From Gammaproteobacteria bacterium (GTDB lineage Bacteria > Pseudomonadota > Gammaproteobacteria > SZUA-229): DNA of 64,000 bases. The stretch is from positions 36,543 to 100,542 of the forward strand of contig JASBSR010000034.1 of the NCBI GenBank assembly GCA_030148865.1, given 5' to 3'. The notes under the pieces were generated by a model. That model did not search any database. It was given only the letters and a program-made list of their open reading frames with translations, and was not told where the DNA came from. The translations under genes were made by a program, and so were the position numbers. Below, in pieces: positions 21,860-33,728 of this stretch (the stretch's first letter is position 1; each line of letters starts with the position of its first letter).

Positions 21860-24540
21860 AGTCACTCGCGGCCAAAACCCACACCAGCGACGCTATCGAC
21901 GCCCTCCTTGACGAGCGCGCGCTGACACAAACCCTGGCGCAACAACCCGAACAGGCCTTGCCCGCGCTCAAGCAAGCAGTCAAACAATTCAATGAAGGGC
22001 TCAAACAACTGTACTACGACGGCATTGACGTCGAACAGATTGTGCATGGCCGCGCACGCATCCTCGATCGTTTCATGGTCGCACTGTATCAACACGTATT
22101 TGGCAAAAACACACAAAAGATTTCCCTGGTCGCCGTCGGTGGTTATGGTCGTGGTGAACTGCACCCGCACTCTGACATCGATTTGATGGTATTACTCAGC
22201 AGTGACGAAACTGACGAAACACGTGATGCCATCGAAAAATTTCTGATGTTGCTGTGGGACAGCCATCTCGAAATTGGCCATAGCGTACGCACGATCGACG
22301 AATGTGTTGCGGAAGCGACCAAAGATATCACTGTCGCCACTAATATCATGGAAGCGCGTTTACTCAGCGGCGATAAAAAACTTTTCCAGAAAATGAAGGT
22401 GTTAACAGGGCCAGAACATATCTGGGATGCACAGGCATTTTTCGAAGCCAAACTTGAAGAACAAATTTTGCGCAATGGTAAGTTTAATGACACCGCATAC
22501 AATCTGGAACCCAATATAAAAGAAAGCGCTGGCGGTTTACGCGATATTCAGATGATAGGCTGGGTAGCAAAACGTTATTTCGGTGCCGAGCAATTAAGCG
22601 AACTGGTTAACCATGATTTTCTGCGACAGTACGAGCTCGACGCCCTGCTTAATGGGCAGCGTTTATTGTGGCGTATTCGTTGTAGTCTGCACTACCTCAC
22701 CAACAAACGTGAAGATCGTTTACTGTTCGACTACCAGCATGATTTGGCCATCGAATTTCATTACCGTGATGACCCCACCGGTGAAGAAGCCAACCAGGCT
22801 ATCGAACAGTTTATGCAGCAGTACTATCGCACAGTTATGGAACTTGAGCGACTCAATGAAATGTTACTGCAGCTGTTTCGTGAAGAGATCATATACAAAG
22901 ACCTGCCTGGTGAACCTGTGAAAATTGATGAACAGTTCCAGGTTTATCACGGTTATATTGAAATCACTCACCCCTGTGTATTTCAAAACAATCCAACTGC
23001 CCTACTCGAATTGTTTTTTTTCATGCAGACACACGCCGAAATCCAGGGCGTGCGCTCAGAAACCATACGCCAGATTCGCGAAGATCGTGGCCTTATTGAT
23101 GAGACGTTCCGTAATTCAAATACTGCGAAATCATTGTTCATGGCGATCATGCGACAATCGCGCGGCATTACTCACGAACTGCGCCGCATGAATCGATATG
23201 GTATACTGGCGCGCTATATTCCCGCTTTCGACAAAATTGTGGGCCGCATGCAGTATGACCTGTTCCATGCATTTACTGTCGACCAGCATACTTTGTTTGT
23301 GGTACGCAACCTGCGACGCTTTTCAGTACCAGATTTCTGCCACGAATTTCCACTTGCCAGCGGTATTTTTCATCATTTAAAGAAACCAGAGCTACTTTAC
23401 CTGGCTGGCTTATTTCACGATATCGCCAAAGGTCGTGGCGGTGACCATTCCGTGGTCGGTGCAAATGATGCAAAACAATTCTGCCTGGAGCATGACTTGT
23501 CAGATGATGATGCACGCCTGGTGAGCTGGCTGGTACGTAATCATTTAATCATGTCGATGACTGCACAGCGTAAAGATATCAGTGACCCCGATGTGATTGC
23601 CGATTTTGCCAGTCACATGAAGAATATCGAAAATCTTGACCATCTGTACCTGCTAACTGTAGCCGATATTCGTGGCACAAACCCCAAACAATGGAGCAGC
23701 TGGAAAGACAAACTGTTGATTGAACTCTACAATAAAACTGCACAACTTCTGCATCGTGGTATTGATCGTGCTTATGACAAACAGGAAACTCTGCGTCGAC
23801 ATCAAACTGACGCACTACGTGTACTTGACCAGCTCGGCATTCCCGCGCAAAAAACACATGCATTGTGGAAGCATTTTACTAACGAATATTTTCTACGTCA
23901 CACAGCCAGTGAAATCGTATGGCACACACATCATATCTCCGAGCATAATGATGACACACCGCTGGTGAAATGCCGAACCGACGTACATTCAGGCAGTATT
24001 GAAGTGATGGTGCGCAGCAAAAACATCGAGAACTTGTTTTCCAACGTTGTTAGCGTCATCAGCCAGCTCAACCTGAGTGTTGCTGATGCACAAATCATGT
24101 TAAGCAAAGACGATTATCTACTGGAAACGTTTCGCATTATTTTTGGTAAAGAATCTGAAGTACACCTCGACCACTACGCCCTGGAACTAGAACTCAAGAT
24201 TGAACAACGCCTGAAAAATCCGGATGCACCAATATCGGTTGATCTATGGAATAAGCCCAGATTGCATAAACATTTCACCGTCACCACTGCTGTGGATTTT
24301 GAAAATGATGAGGACTGGCCAACAACCCGGGTACACATTATTGCCAGCGACCGTCCCGGCATGCTGGCTGTTATTGCTAATGTGTTTATCCACTGCAATA
24401 TCCGTATCCACAATGCAAAAGTATCAACTGCTGGCGAAAAAGCCATGGACTACTTCGACATAACCAGCCAGACTACTGGATCCCGATTAAGCAACGAAGA
24501 TCAGGCGGCATTAAAGCAGGCTCTCCTGGAACAATTATAA
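21856..24540 (+). CDS. glnD: Bifunctional [protein-PII] uridylyltransferase / uridylyl-removing enzyme
   Basis: The ORF is trimmed to MKSLAAKT, whose ATG overlaps the map stop as ATGA. It has a nucleotidyltransferase motif ([16 protein letters not shown]), an HD domain ([12 protein letters not shown]) and two C-terminal ACT domains. Synteny map-glnD-dapE. Confidence 0.92.
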   Translation: MKSLAAKTHTSDAIDALLDERALTQTLAQQPEQALPALKQAVKQFNEGLKQLYYDGIDVEQIVHGRARILDRFMVALYQHVFGKNTQKISLVAVGGYGRGELHPHSDIDLMVLLSSDETDETRDAIEKFLMLLWDSHLEIGHSVRTIDECVAEATKDITVATNIMEARLLSGDKKLFQKMKVLTGPEHIWDAQAFFEAKLEEQILRNGKFNDTAYNLEPNIKESAGGLRDIQMIGWVAKRYFGAEQLSELVNHDFLRQYELDALLNGQRLLWRIRCSLHYLTNKREDRLLFDYQHDLAIEFHYRDDPTGEEANQAIEQFMQQYYRTVMELERLNEMLLQLFREEIIYKDLPGEPVKIDEQFQVYHGYIEITHPCVFQNNPTALLELFFFMQTHAEIQGVRSETIRQIREDRGLIDETFRNSNTAKSLFMAIMRQSRGITHELRRMNRYGILARYIPAFDKIVGRMQYDLFHAFTVDQHTLFVVRNLRRFSVPDFCHEFPLASGIFHHLKKPELLYLAGLFHDIAKGRGGDHSVVGANDAKQFCLEHDLSDDDARLVSWLVRNHLIMSMTAQRKDISDPDVIADFASHMKNIENLDHLYLLTVADIRGTNPKQWSSWKDKLLIELYNKTAQLLHRGIDRAYDKQETLRRHQTDALRVLDQLGIPAQKTHALWKHFTNEYFLRHTASEIVWHTHHISEHNDDTPLVKCRTDVHSGSIEVMVRSKNIENLFSNVVSVISQLNLSVADAQIMLSKDDYLLETFRIIFGKESEVHLDHYALELELKIEQRLKNPDAPISVDLWNKPRLHKHFTVTTAVDFENDEDWPTTRVHIIASDRPGMLAVIANVFIHCNIRIHNAKVSTAGEKAMDYFDITSQTTGSRLSNEDQAALKQALLEQL

Positions 24541-24544
24541 TAAT

Positions 24545-25669
24545 ATGTCAGATACACTCGAACTTGCCAAACAACTCATCGCACGCGCGTCTGTTACTCC
24601 GGATGACAAAGGCTGCCAACAACTACTTGCACAACGACTGGAAGCTGTGGGCTTTAAAGCTGAACATCTCCGTCATGGTGATGTAGACAACCTGTGGCTA
24701 CGCTATGGTGATCAGAAGCCCTTGCTGGTATTCGCTGGACACACTGACGTAGTCCCCACCGGACCCGTCGCCAAATGGCAGCACGAGCCGTTCACACCAA
24801 CGATTGAAAATGGTCAGCTTTATGGTCGCGGTGCCGCCGACATGAAAAGCAGCATCGCCGCTATGGTGTGCGCCTGCGAGTCATTACTCCCAAAAACCCG
24901 ACTCAATGGCTCAATTGGCTTTCTCATTACCAGTGACGAAGAAGGACCGGCCATCGACGGTACTGTGAAAGTCATTGAAATGCTCGAACAACGCAATGAA
25001 AAGATCGACTGGTGTCTGGTAGGCGAACCATCCAGCACTCATCACCTTGGTGATGTGGTTAAAAATGGTCGCCGTGGCTCACTCTCGGGCAAACTGGTCG
25101 TACACGGCACCCAGGGCCATATTGCCTATCCTCATCTCGCCGATAATCCCGTGCATCGTTTTGCAGCGCCTCTCAATGCCCTGGTGAACGAGATATGGGA
25201 TGAAGGCAATGAATTCTTTCCGCCAACGACTTTCCAGATTTCCAATATTCACGCCGGTACTGGTGCCAGTAATGTAATACCGGGCGATCTTGAAGTCGAT
25301 TTCAATCTACGCTTTTCGACCGCGCTAACCGCCGAGGATATTAAAATACGCACCCATGCTCTACTGGATGCACATAATATACGTTACAGTCTAAACTGGA
25401 ATTTATCGGGCAATCCGTTTTTGACTCCCGGCGGCAAGCTAGTCGAAGCAGCTCAGCTTGCAATCCAGGAAGTCAATGGAATCAAGGCTGAACTATCCAC
25501 TGCGGGTGGCACTTCGGATGGCCGTTTTATTGCACCCACCGGTGCACAGGTACTAGAGCTCGGGCCAATTAATGCCAGCATCCATAAAATTGACGAACAT
25601 GTTGATATTGCGCAGCTCGATGAGTTGCACGATATCTATAAACTGATTATCCTCAAGCTACTCACATAA
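24545..25669 (+). CDS. dapE: Succinyl-diaminopimelate desuccinylase
   Basis: M20 peptidase pattern: FAGHTDVVP...GRGAADMK...ITSDEEG...GEPS...[15 protein letters not shown]. Confidence 0.93.
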   Translation: MSDTLELAKQLIARASVTPDDKGCQQLLAQRLEAVGFKAEHLRHGDVDNLWLRYGDQKPLLVFAGHTDVVPTGPVAKWQHEPFTPTIENGQLYGRGAADMKSSIAAMVCACESLLPKTRLNGSIGFLITSDEEGPAIDGTVKVIEMLEQRNEKIDWCLVGEPSSTHHLGDVVKNGRRGSLSGKLVVHGTQGHIAYPHLADNPVHRFAAPLNALVNEIWDEGNEFFPPTTFQISNIHAGTGASNVIPGDLEVDFNLRFSTALTAEDIKIRTHALLDAHNIRYSLNWNLSGNPFLTPGGKLVEAAQLAIQEVNGIKAELSTAGGTSDGRFIAPTGAQVLELGPINASIHKIDEHVDIAQLDELHDIYKLIILKLLT

Positions 25670-25739
25670 CAGGCAAGACTGGATGTGCAACATTAGAACA
25701 CTATCATTCGCAGCCATATTAGCTTAAGAGGAATTTGAT

Positions 25740-26123
25740 ATGAATCTGGAAAAAGTGATTTTTAGCTTCTTCATGATTATGGCACTGACATTAAACTTCG
25801 GTTTTTTCTACGGTGATGTCGACAATCCTGCGCACCACAATGTCATCGAACTACTTGCTGTGATCGTGGTGAATCTGATTGCCACTGTACTCAAGTTTGG
25901 TGATCGCTCACAAATGGGCGCTATGCTACTCGCTACCAGTCTGGTAGCGATTGTACAACTGGTATCGGCTTCCGTGGTCTGGACTATCGCCGTACACGTA
26001 CACGACACTGGATTAACCAGCGGTGTCATGTCGACTATCGTATCTCTAAGCGGCGGCGCCATGCTGGCAAATATTATCTCGGTAATACTACTGATGATTG
26101 AGACCACCATGCTGCGCCATTGA
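25740..26123 (+). CDS. Small four-TM membrane protein of unknown function
   Basis: 127 aa, strongly hydrophobic, with good start context. It lies 22 bp upstream of the K+ channel gene on the same strand. Confidence 0.55.
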   Translation: MNLEKVIFSFFMIMALTLNFGFFYGDVDNPAHHNVIELLAVIVVNLIATVLKFGDRSQMGAMLLATSLVAIVQLVSASVVWTIAVHVHDTGLTSGVMSTIVSLSGGAMLANIISVILLMIETTMLRH

Positions 26124-26145
26124 GGCTGATAATCGAGCAAGAAAG

Positions 26146-27912
26146 ATGAACCTTGTCACCTCAATGTTTTTAAGGCGCATGCGTGCGCCATTTCTACTGG
26201 TGATATGCGCCTATACCGTAGCCATTGTCGGCCTGATTATCATTCCTGGCGTCGATGACAAGGGCAATGTCTGGCGTATGGATATTTTTCATGCGTTTTA
26301 TTATGTCAGCTACACCGCAACTACAATTGGTTTCGGAGAAATCCCCTACCCTTTAAGCCAAGGGCAGCGTCTCTGGTCACTGGTGACTATCTACATCACT
26401 GTTATCTCATGGTTTTATGCAATCGGCAGAGTATTAAGGCTGGCACAGGACAAAACCTTCCTCGAAGCCGCAATGCGTTCAGGTTTCAGGCGTGACGTAC
26501 GTAATCTCGACTCACCTTTCTATCTGATCTGCGGGTTTGGCGAAACGGGTAAGGCCGTAGTCAGCTCACTCACAGAGGAACACTTTCGCACTGTAGTGAT
26601 TGAGAAAGACCCAAACAACCTCAACGAGCTTATGCTTAACGAAATGCCCGAACACGTTCCTGCAATAACAGGAGACGCGTCTGATCCGGAACAACTCGAA
26701 CTTGCAGGTATTCAGCATCAGCTATGTCGAGGCGTAATAGCAGTTACGCCATCAGACGAAGCCAATCTTAAAATTGCCATTACCAGTAAATTATTGCATC
26801 CGGATATTCGGGTTGCCTGCCGCTCAGAAATCAGCGAATTCGCAGAGAACATGAAATCTTTCGATACCGATTACATTGTCAATCCATACGAAACCTTCGC
26901 CCACATTTTTGCTTTGGCCATGCACTCACCCTCATTGCATTTGATTTATGACTGGCTGACAGGCTCGCCGAATACACGCCTTAGTGATCCAGTCTATTTT
27001 CGTTATGGGCACTGGATACTCTGCGGTTACGGGCGCTTCGGTAAACAGCTTTATAAACACCTGCAAACGCATAATATTCCAACAACGATAGTTGATGCCT
27101 CCAGTGAAGTCGAAACCGAATACAAAGCAACTCTGGATAAAGGTCAGTGCAAGTTCATACGTGGTATCGGCTTTGATGCTGACACCCTGAAAGAAGCCGG
27201 CATTAATCACGCCGCTGGGCTGATTGCAGGCACAGATAACGACTCAAATAATCTATCCATTATTATGACTGCGCGCGCAATTAATCCTGATGTTTTTGTT
27301 GTTGCACGTCAAAATCAACTAAATAATCACGCACTCTATCGGGCCAGCAAAGCTAATCTGGTGATGCGCCCCAGAGAAATTATTGCACGCAGAATTCGCG
27401 TACTTTTTCAAACGCCTTTGTTGATCGATTATTTTTCACTGGCACGTGATCGTGATGCGGAATGGGCAAATATCACTGTTAGTCGCTTAAGCGCAGTCGT
27501 AGGTGAGGTACGGCCGCACTTATGGACAGTTTTAATCAGCAAACAAGATGCGCCTGCAATCTGTCACGGTCTGGAATTCGGCCGCAAAATCACCATCGGT
27601 CATCTTATTTGTGACCCAAATGCTCGCAACCATAAACTCAAATGTGTACCGCTACTATTATCCAGAGATCATGAGCAACTGTTGATGCCAGACGATGATG
27701 CCGAAATCCACCCACTGGATAAAATTTTGTTTTGCGGCACCCGTGATGTTAAAAACAGCATGCAATCAGTATTATCCCAGATGAGCAGCCTGAATTATGT
27801 CATGACGCTCAAAAAAGAGCCTGAATCCTACGTCTGGCGCAAATTACACCGCTACTTCAACCGCGAGGAGCGTCGCAGCGAGTCTCGTGACGACGCCTCT
27901 ACTGATAATTAG
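26146..27912 (+). CDS. Potassium channel protein with a two-TM pore and two RCK/TrkA-N NAD-binding domains
   Basis: The ORF is trimmed to MNLVTSMFLRRM. The pore/selectivity filter is YVSYTATTIGFGEIPYP. Two Rossmann motifs are present (ICGFGETGKAV and LCGYGRFGKQL). Confidence 0.8.
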   Translation: MNLVTSMFLRRMRAPFLLVICAYTVAIVGLIIIPGVDDKGNVWRMDIFHAFYYVSYTATTIGFGEIPYPLSQGQRLWSLVTIYITVISWFYAIGRVLRLAQDKTFLEAAMRSGFRRDVRNLDSPFYLICGFGETGKAVVSSLTEEHFRTVVIEKDPNNLNELMLNEMPEHVPAITGDASDPEQLELAGIQHQLCRGVIAVTPSDEANLKIAITSKLLHPDIRVACRSEISEFAENMKSFDTDYIVNPYETFAHIFALAMHSPSLHLIYDWLTGSPNTRLSDPVYFRYGHWILCGYGRFGKQLYKHLQTHNIPTTIVDASSEVETEYKATLDKGQCKFIRGIGFDADTLKEAGINHAAGLIAGTDNDSNNLSIIMTARAINPDVFVVARQNQLNNHALYRASKANLVMRPREIIARRIRVLFQTPLLIDYFSLARDRDAEWANITVSRLSAVVGEVRPHLWTVLISKQDAPAICHGLEFGRKITIGHLICDPNARNHKLKCVPLLLSRDHEQLLMPDDDAEIHPLDKILFCGTRDVKNSMQSVLSQMSSLNYVMTLKKEPESYVWRKLHRYFNREERRSESRDDASTDN

Positions 27913-27924
27913 CACTGGTTGAAA

Positions 27925-27960
27925 CTGGCAGTAAATGGTCAGACTGATATAATGCCGCGC
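27925..27960 (+). promoter_or_regulatory. Putative sigma-70 promoter for tRNA-Arg: extended -10 TGaTATAAT plus a GC-rich discriminator
   Basis: TATAAT at 27948-27953 is preceded by TGn. A weak -35 (ctggca) lies 17 bp upstream. The GCCGCGC discriminator is typical of stable-RNA promoters. Motif reading only. Confidence 0.4.
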
Positions 27961-27974
27961 AACTACCGAACCCT

Positions 27975-28051
27975 GCCCCGGTAGCTCAGCTGGATAGAGC
28001 GTCCCCCTCCTAAGGGGAAGGTCGCAGGTTCGACTCCTGCTCGGGGCACCA
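27975..28051 (+). tRNA. tRNA-Arg (anticodon CCT)
   Basis: Cloverleaf folded by hand. Acceptor stem GCCCCGG/TCGGGGC, D-arm GCTC-AGCTGGATA-GAGC, anticodon arm TCCCC-CTCCTAA-GGGGA (anticodon CCT), T-arm GCAGG-TTCGACT-CCTGC, encoded 3' CCA. Confidence 0.92.
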
Positions 28052-28093
28052 TACACTTGCATCTTATAGGCGAACCAACTTTCTGGAGACAAC

Positions 28094-28591
28094 ATGGCTA
28101 ACGTAATTTTAGAAACCACTCACGGCGATATTGAAATTGAGCTTTATAGCGACAAAGCACCTGCCACCGTTGAAAACTTCCTTGCATACGTGCGCGATGG
28201 TTTTTATGATGGCACTATTTTTCATCGAGTGATTAAAGGCTTCATGATTCAGGGCGGCGGCTTCAACGACCAGATGATGCAAAAAATGACTCAGGATCCG
28301 ATCAAAAATGAAGCCGATAACAAGCTACCAAATGATCGCGGCACGCTTGCTATGGCGCGCACCAGTGACCCAGATTCAGCGACTGCACAGTTTTTTATTA
28401 ACCACAAAGACAATCACTTTCTGAATTACTCCACCTCCACGACTCAGGGCTGGGGCTATTGCGTATTCGCTAAAGTTGTCAATGGGATGGATGTTGTCGA
28501 TGCCATCGCCGGCGTCAGCACGACTAATAGCGGTGGTCACGCCGATGTACCAGCCGAAACCGTGAAGATTAATGCGGCACGCGAAGCCTGA
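28094..28591 (+). CDS. ppiB: Peptidyl-prolyl cis-trans isomerase B (cyclophilin type)
   Basis: [15 protein letters not shown]...GTLAMAR...[10 protein letters not shown], the cyclophilin signature. Synteny ppiB-lpxH as in E. coli. Confidence 0.93.
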   Translation: MANVILETTHGDIEIELYSDKAPATVENFLAYVRDGFYDGTIFHRVIKGFMIQGGGFNDQMMQKMTQDPIKNEADNKLPNDRGTLAMARTSDPDSATAQFFINHKDNHFLNYSTSTTQGWGYCVFAKVVNGMDVVDAIAGVSTTNSGGHADVPAETVKINAAREA

Positions 28592-28602
28592 GCCAGCAGC
28601 TT

Positions 28603-29322
28603 TTGAACCAACGATTGTTTATATCCGATCTGCATCTGGCACCCGAGCGACCGGAAATCATTCAGCTATTCGTGCGTTTCTGCGATGAGATCGCAAGTCA
28701 TAGTGAATCGCTATATATATTGGGTGATTTTGTCGAGTACTGGCTGGGTGATGATGACGATGCCACTGGCTTGCAACCCGCGTTCAATGCATTGCACAGG
28801 CTCGCCGCTGGTGGCTGCCAGATATATTTCATGCACGGCAATCGTGATTTCTTGATCGGTGACAAACTTGCACATCGCTGCGGCTTCGAAATTATTACTG
28901 ACCCTTATCTGATTTCGATCGATGAGCAACCGGTACTGTTGATGCACGGTGATACCCTGTGCACGGATGATACCGACTACATGAAATTCAGAGCCATGGT
29001 GCGCGATGATGCATTCATACAGGACTTTATCACCAGGCCCATTGCAGAGCGTCGTCAAATAGCACGTTCGTTGCGCGAGTCCAGTCAACAGGCAACGGCA
29101 ATCAAAAACCCTGATATCATGGACGTAACCCAGGACACGGTGACCACTGTCATGCAGCAGTATGGTGTTGAATTATTGATACACGGACACACGCACCGCC
29201 CCGCTATTCACACTACAAAAACCAGGCCAGAACGTACCCGGATTGTATTGGGCGACTGGTATGAATCCGGTAGTTACCTGATCCTGAATGCCATTGAGCA
29301 GCCTGAATTACTCGAGTTTTAA
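28603..29322 (+). CDS. lpxH: UDP-2,3-diacylglucosamine diphosphatase
   Basis: Apparent TTG start. Calcineurin-like metallophosphoesterase motifs: FISDLHL, LGDFVEYWLGDD, GNRDF, HGDTLCTDD, GHTHRP. Confidence 0.9.
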   Translation: MNQRLFISDLHLAPERPEIIQLFVRFCDEIASHSESLYILGDFVEYWLGDDDDATGLQPAFNALHRLAAGGCQIYFMHGNRDFLIGDKLAHRCGFEIITDPYLISIDEQPVLLMHGDTLCTDDTDYMKFRAMVRDDAFIQDFITRPIAERRQIARSLRESSQQATAIKNPDIMDVTQDTVTTVMQQYGVELLIHGHTHRPAIHTTKTRPERTRIVLGDWYESGSYLILNAIEQPELLEF

Positions 29323-29344
29323 CTCTGAATTTAGAATCGCTGAT

Positions 29345-30073
29345 TTACAGCGGCACATCCCCGGGGCTAAATTCTGTATAGTTTTCCGGTCGCATAAAAA
29401 TTTCAGGATTCACTTCAACTTTTTCAAAATTGATTAGCATCTTGCTCGCGCCGTTTCCATGCCACTCGAGGATGGGCAGACCTTTATCATAATAAGCACC
29501 AGCATCGTATACCTGATCAGCCAGGAAACAGCTGGTTCTGAACTCTTCTGGCGTTTTAAATATATTATTGACCTGATTGGCAGCGATAACGCTTTTATAA
29601 CTGTGCAATATTTTTGTTACCTGTGGCAGAAGATCCTGTGCAATCTGCATATTTGAGCACACGGCCCTGTCACCTGTTTTATCAGTAACGCGATAGTCAT
29701 AAACTGATTTGCCTGAAATTTCGGGCGCATCTTTCTGTGCCTGATAACTAATATCGACCAGTGATGCCATATCTATTTTTTTGTAGTCGAGATTCTTCAT
29801 TACCAGCGTTCTTTGATCCAGATGACTAATACTGTAAATCGTTTTTGCCTTATTATCGTACAGGATATAACCATCATTATCGTCGATACTGTTAATACGC
29901 AAATAGCGATCTGTAATAATATATTGTGTTGCGTAGGCATCCGTTCCCGGCTCCTGTTCTTCATAGCTAAGCTGGTAAGCAGGTACAGTATTACCTGCCC
30001 TGGCAGTTAACAAATTCAGTAATATGAGCGCTGCGATAAAATAACGGAGACTATGGCACGAAAAATTTTTCAT
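29345..30073 (-). CDS. Secreted hypothetical protein
   Basis: The track ORF is trimmed to MKNFSCHSLRYFIAALILLNLLTARAGN (signal peptide). I recognise no motif. Confidence 0.55.
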   Translation of the reverse strand: MKNFSCHSLRYFIAALILLNLLTARAGNTVPAYQLSYEEQEPGTDAYATQYIITDRYLRINSIDDNDGYILYDNKAKTIYSISHLDQRTLVMKNLDYKKIDMASLVDISYQAQKDAPEISGKSVYDYRVTDKTGDRAVCSNMQIAQDLLPQVTKILHSYKSVIAANQVNNIFKTPEEFRTSCFLADQVYDAGAYYDKGLPILEWHGNGASKMLINFEKVEVNPEIFMRPENYTEFSPGDVPL

Positions 30074-30146
30074 AAATAGGGTTTTGATCTGTGTAGTGAC
30101 CCGGCAGTGACGCCTGCCTCGGTGAGATTGTTTTTGTTCGATTAAC

Positions 30147-30980
30147 TCAATCACGTCGAGCGAGAAAATCCAGTTCCTGCGACGAGAACCCCGCCTGGCG
30201 TCGCGCCAGTTCATCCATCGGACCATTCAATTTATCCTGACCGTATTCTATCAGTAAGCGAGTGAAAGTTTCGACACTGTCCTGCTGATTTAATTCACAC
30301 AGATAATTGAACCAGCGGCTACCAATTTCAACATGACCAATCTCGTCACGATAAATGGTTTCCAGAATCGCAACCAGATCACAATCACCTTCCTGCTTGA
30401 GCTGTGCAATCATATGCTGGGTGACATCCAGGCCCCTCGCTTCCAGCACACGCGGCACCAGCGCCATCCGGGTCAGTGCATCGTGGTCCGTTTTCAGCGC
30501 CATTTCCCAAAGCCCATTGTGCGCTGGATAGCTGCCATAATCACTTTGTTGCGACTGCAGGTAGTCGCGCAACAGACTAAAATGCAGTGCCTCTTCTGCC
30601 GCCACCTGCAACCAGTCAGCATAATACGCCAGTGGCATGTCGCGAAAACGATACACTGCATCCAGCGCCAGATTGATGGCATTAAACTCAATATGCGCGA
30701 TGGCGTGGGCGAGCCGTAACCTGCCGATCGCTGATTTAAAACTGCGCCTGGGAACAGCGCGTGGCGGGACCAGTTCGGGCCGTGCGGGCCGACCGGGAAT
30801 GGTGATGGTCTGCACCGGCGTAGCCTGCTCCGGTTTTACCTCAGCTGCCAGCCAGGCCTGATACAGTGCCCGCGTTGCCGCCACTTTAGTGGCAGGATCG
30901 TCCTGCATCAGGCACTCAAGAGCAGTTGCATAGAGTGGAAGTGACATGTGAGCGGCCTGTTTGGCGCTCAATTCTAACAA
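30147..30980 (-). CDS. Ferritin-like, DUF455-family protein
   Basis: Di-iron-like helices: LAHAIAHIEFNAINLALDAV...AAEEALHF...EARGLDV...DEIGHVEIG. The family name is from memory. Confidence 0.55.
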   Translation of the reverse strand: MLELSAKQAAHMSLPLYATALECLMQDDPATKVAATRALYQAWLAAEVKPEQATPVQTITIPGRPARPELVPPRAVPRRSFKSAIGRLRLAHAIAHIEFNAINLALDAVYRFRDMPLAYYADWLQVAAEEALHFSLLRDYLQSQQSDYGSYPAHNGLWEMALKTDHDALTRMALVPRVLEARGLDVTQHMIAQLKQEGDCDLVAILETIYRDEIGHVEIGSRWFNYLCELNQQDSVETFTRLLIEYGQDKLNGPMDELARRQAGFSSQELDFLARRD

Positions 30981-31044
30981 GTTACCGGCACCGGAAACAA
31001 ATAGGGCCCGCCAGGCGGGCCCGAATCAACACCCCTGACAAAAA

Positions 31045-31305
31045 CTATTTGAGAATGATGTTCTGGCGATTTTTTTCAACCGTGCGGTTGCCGATACCAT
31101 TAACCTTGAGCAGTTCATCCACCGATCTGAATGGGCCATTTTTTTTACGATAGGCAATGATTGCTTCTGCGCGGGTTTTACCAACACCTTGCATCTCTTT
31201 GGTTAAGGCAGGCACATCAGCGGTATTGATATTGATTTGCCCGGCATTGGCGAGGGCAGCAAAGATGAGGCAGACACAAAAAACTAAAGACTTGATTATA
31301 TTCAT
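31045..31305 (-). CDS. comEA: ComEA-family helix-hairpin-helix DNA-binding protein
   Basis: Signal peptide followed by ININTADVPALTKEMQGVGKTRAEAIIAYRKKNGPFRSVDELLKVNGIGNRTVEKN. Confidence 0.85.
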   Translation of the reverse strand: MNIIKSLVFCVCLIFAALANAGQININTADVPALTKEMQGVGKTRAEAIIAYRKKNGPFRSVDELLKVNGIGNRTVEKNRQNIILK

Positions 31306-31339
31306 ACGTCACATCCTTGTTGTGTTGAAGGAATCTTGA

Positions 31340-32062
31340 CTATAAATCCCGCTGCACGCGCGCACTATCAGAAATATCTGAATATATTGTATGTAATATC
31401 GCAATCGGATCATTGGCCTGTGTGACCGGTCTGCCGATCACCAGATAGTGTGAACCCTGAGCAATCGCCTGCACCGGTGTCATCACCCGCAACTGATCAT
31501 CCTGAGTGTTGGCGGACAGGCGAATCCCGGGCGTGACCAGAATAAAGTCATCGCCCTGTTGCTGACTTAGCATTTCGGCTTCCTGGGCCGAGCACACCAC
31601 CCCATCGAGGCCGGCCTGAGCAGTCATGGCCGCGAGTCGTTGCACCAGCTCGATCGGGGTTTCGTGTATCCCCAGCACTTCGAGCTCACGCGGCCCGCTG
31701 CTGGTTAACAGCGTCACCGCAATCAGCAGCGGAGCCCCTTTCGTGTTCAGCGCCTGTCGCGCAGCATCCAGCATTGCGGGGCCGCCAAGCGCATGCACAT
31801 TCAGCATCCAGACCCCGAGATCCGCTGCAGCCGCACAGGCTCTGGCGACAGTGTTAGGGATATCGTGAAACTTCAGATCGAGAAATACATCGAAGTTCGC
31901 AGCCACCAGTCGACGCACCAGCTCCGGCCCAGCGCTGGTGAACAGCTCCTTACCGACTTTGAGACGACACAGTGCCGGGTCGAGCCGGTCGACCAGATGC
32001 AATGCGCTAGCCGCCTTCGGGAAATCCAGTGCCACAATAATACGGGGTGATGATGGCATCAT
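31340..32062 (-). CDS. pyrF: Orotidine-5'-phosphate decarboxylase
   Basis: IIVALDF...LKVGKELF...[11 protein letters not shown]...VIGRPV. The start overlaps the lapB stop. Confidence 0.93.
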   Translation of the reverse strand: MMPSSPRIIVALDFPKAASALHLVDRLDPALCRLKVGKELFTSAGPELVRRLVAANFDVFLDLKFHDIPNTVARACAAAADLGVWMLNVHALGGPAMLDAARQALNTKGAPLLIAVTLLTSSGPRELEVLGIHETPIELVQRLAAMTAQAGLDGVVCSAQEAEMLSQQQGDDFILVTPGIRLSANTQDDQLRVMTPVQAIAQGSHYLVIGRPVTQANDPIAILHTIYSDISDSARVQRDL

Positions 32063-33234
32063 AAGCTATTGACCACGACAGGTTTAATAGTTGCCCAGCT
32101 ATGACAGCTGGGACACTGCCAGTACAAAGTATTGGAACCAAATCCACATCGCTGGCAGCCGTATTCAGTGCTATCTTTGCGCATGGCCTGCAAAGCAGTT
32201 TGCAAATCGTGCAAAAAATCTATATCGCGGTCATCTTGAATGCGCGACTTATACGCAGCCAGTTCCTGCATCACCTGCAAGCTCGGTTGACGTTTTAAAA
32301 CCTTGCTCAAATAGTCAACGCTTGCTGACTCACCTTTATAACGTCCAAGCACAGAGGCGTGCAAATTCATCAATAACAGATTGCCATTACGTAACTCGAG
32401 TTCATCCAGATATTTTAGCAAATCGTCGCTAGTGTTCAGCCGATCATAACAATCTACCAGACTGGAGAGCACCACGGGCAAGAACTCGGCATCCTGGTGT
32501 TCGATTTTCTGATAATGTGATATCGCAGCGTTATAATCCTTACGATTTATCGCTTCTTGTGCAAGCAGAATCGAAGCCCGCACCGAATCTGGATCAAAAC
32601 GAAATGCCTGATGTGCGTTATGTTCAACCTGCGCCACATCGCCTTTCGCTTTTGCTATTTCAGCCAGCTCACAATAATACTGGGATACCATCGGCCCCAT
32701 TTTTTGCGGTTCGTCGTGATACAGATCCGAGGCAATATCAATAGCCTTATGCCAGTCTTTTTCCTGCTGATAAATCAGTATTAAATTATGCCGGGCTTCT
32801 AGTGACTTTTTATCGTACACCAGCACTTCTTTAAACAGTCCTTCGGCACGATCAAACCAGCCTGCACCCAGATAATCGTAGGCCAGTTCCAGCAATACTG
32901 TACTGCGATATTGTTCGGGTAATGACGGACGCGCAATCAGCCCCTGGTGAATTTTAATCGCCTTGTCGATTTCACCATTTTTGCGAAAAATTTTTCCCAG
33001 TGCAAAATGAGTATCGACAATCTCCCAGTTATTTTCGACCAGACGTACAAAAATATCCAGTGCTTTGCCCTGTTCATCGTTGAGCAGATAATTCAGACCT
33101 TTAAAATAATCCGCTGAAAAACCGGGAGGACCAGAGGCAGTGCTTTTCCTGAACTTATAACCCACCCAGAGTACAAGCAACACCAGCGGTGCTATGACAA
33201 TCAGCCAGTCGCTTAGATCAGAAATATCCATCAC
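32059..33234 (-). CDS. lapB: Lipopolysaccharide assembly protein LapB (YciM)
   Basis: N-terminal TM helix, TPR repeats, and a C-terminal rubredoxin-like zinc finger ([21 protein letters not shown]). Synteny lapB-pyrF. Confidence 0.88.
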   Translation of the reverse strand: MMDISDLSDWLIVIAPLVLLVLWVGYKFRKSTASGPPGFSADYFKGLNYLLNDEQGKALDIFVRLVENNWEIVDTHFALGKIFRKNGEIDKAIKIHQGLIARPSLPEQYRSTVLLELAYDYLGAGWFDRAEGLFKEVLVYDKKSLEARHNLILIYQQEKDWHKAIDIASDLYHDEPQKMGPMVSQYYCELAEIAKAKGDVAQVEHNAHQAFRFDPDSVRASILLAQEAINRKDYNAAISHYQKIEHQDAEFLPVVLSSLVDCYDRLNTSDDLLKYLDELELRNGNLLLMNLHASVLGRYKGESASVDYLSKVLKRQPSLQVMQELAAYKSRIQDDRDIDFLHDLQTALQAMRKDSTEYGCQRCGFGSNTLYWQCPSCHSWATIKPVVVNSL

Positions 33235-33342
33235 ACAGAGCGCCTGCTAACGGTGAGATACGTGGGTTGAAAATATTCACTGGCAGCCAGGCTACAGTGT
33301 GTAAGACATGAAACCAGAAAAGATCAGCGGCAATCGCCGCAA

Positions 33343-33663
33343 TCAGCTTTTCTTCAGCGAATGATTCACTCGCTCTCTGAGTTCTTTACCGGGCTTGAAG
33401 TGTGGCACATGTTTGCCCGGCAGCGAGACCGAGTCACCCGTTTTAGGATTCCGCCCGGAACGCGGCGGGCGAAAGTGCAGAGAAAAGCTGCCAAAACCAC
33501 GAATTTCGATACGCTCTCCACTCGACAGCGCATTACTCATCTGTTCCAGCAGGCTTTTAACAGCCAGCTCAACATCCTTGTAGGCGAGATGGCTTTGCTT
33601 ACGCGCAATCCGCTCGATCAACTCAGATTTCATCATCGACCTGTCTATGCTTTCATCAGTCAT
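33343..33663 (-). CDS. ihfB: Integration host factor subunit beta
   Basis: [10 protein letters not shown]...[47 protein letters not shown]. The real start is probably the internal MMKSEL (about 33633-33636) rather than 33663. Confidence 0.92.
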   Translation of the reverse strand: MTDESIDRSMMKSELIERIARKQSHLAYKDVELAVKSLLEQMSNALSSGERIEIRGFGSFSLHFRPPRSGRNPKTGDSVSLPGKHVPHFKPGKELRERVNHSLKKS

Positions 33664-33728
33664 TTTGAAATCATCCCCTCGTGGTTAGCCGTGTATATAT
33701 AGTATGTATCAATTAAACGATTATCAGA

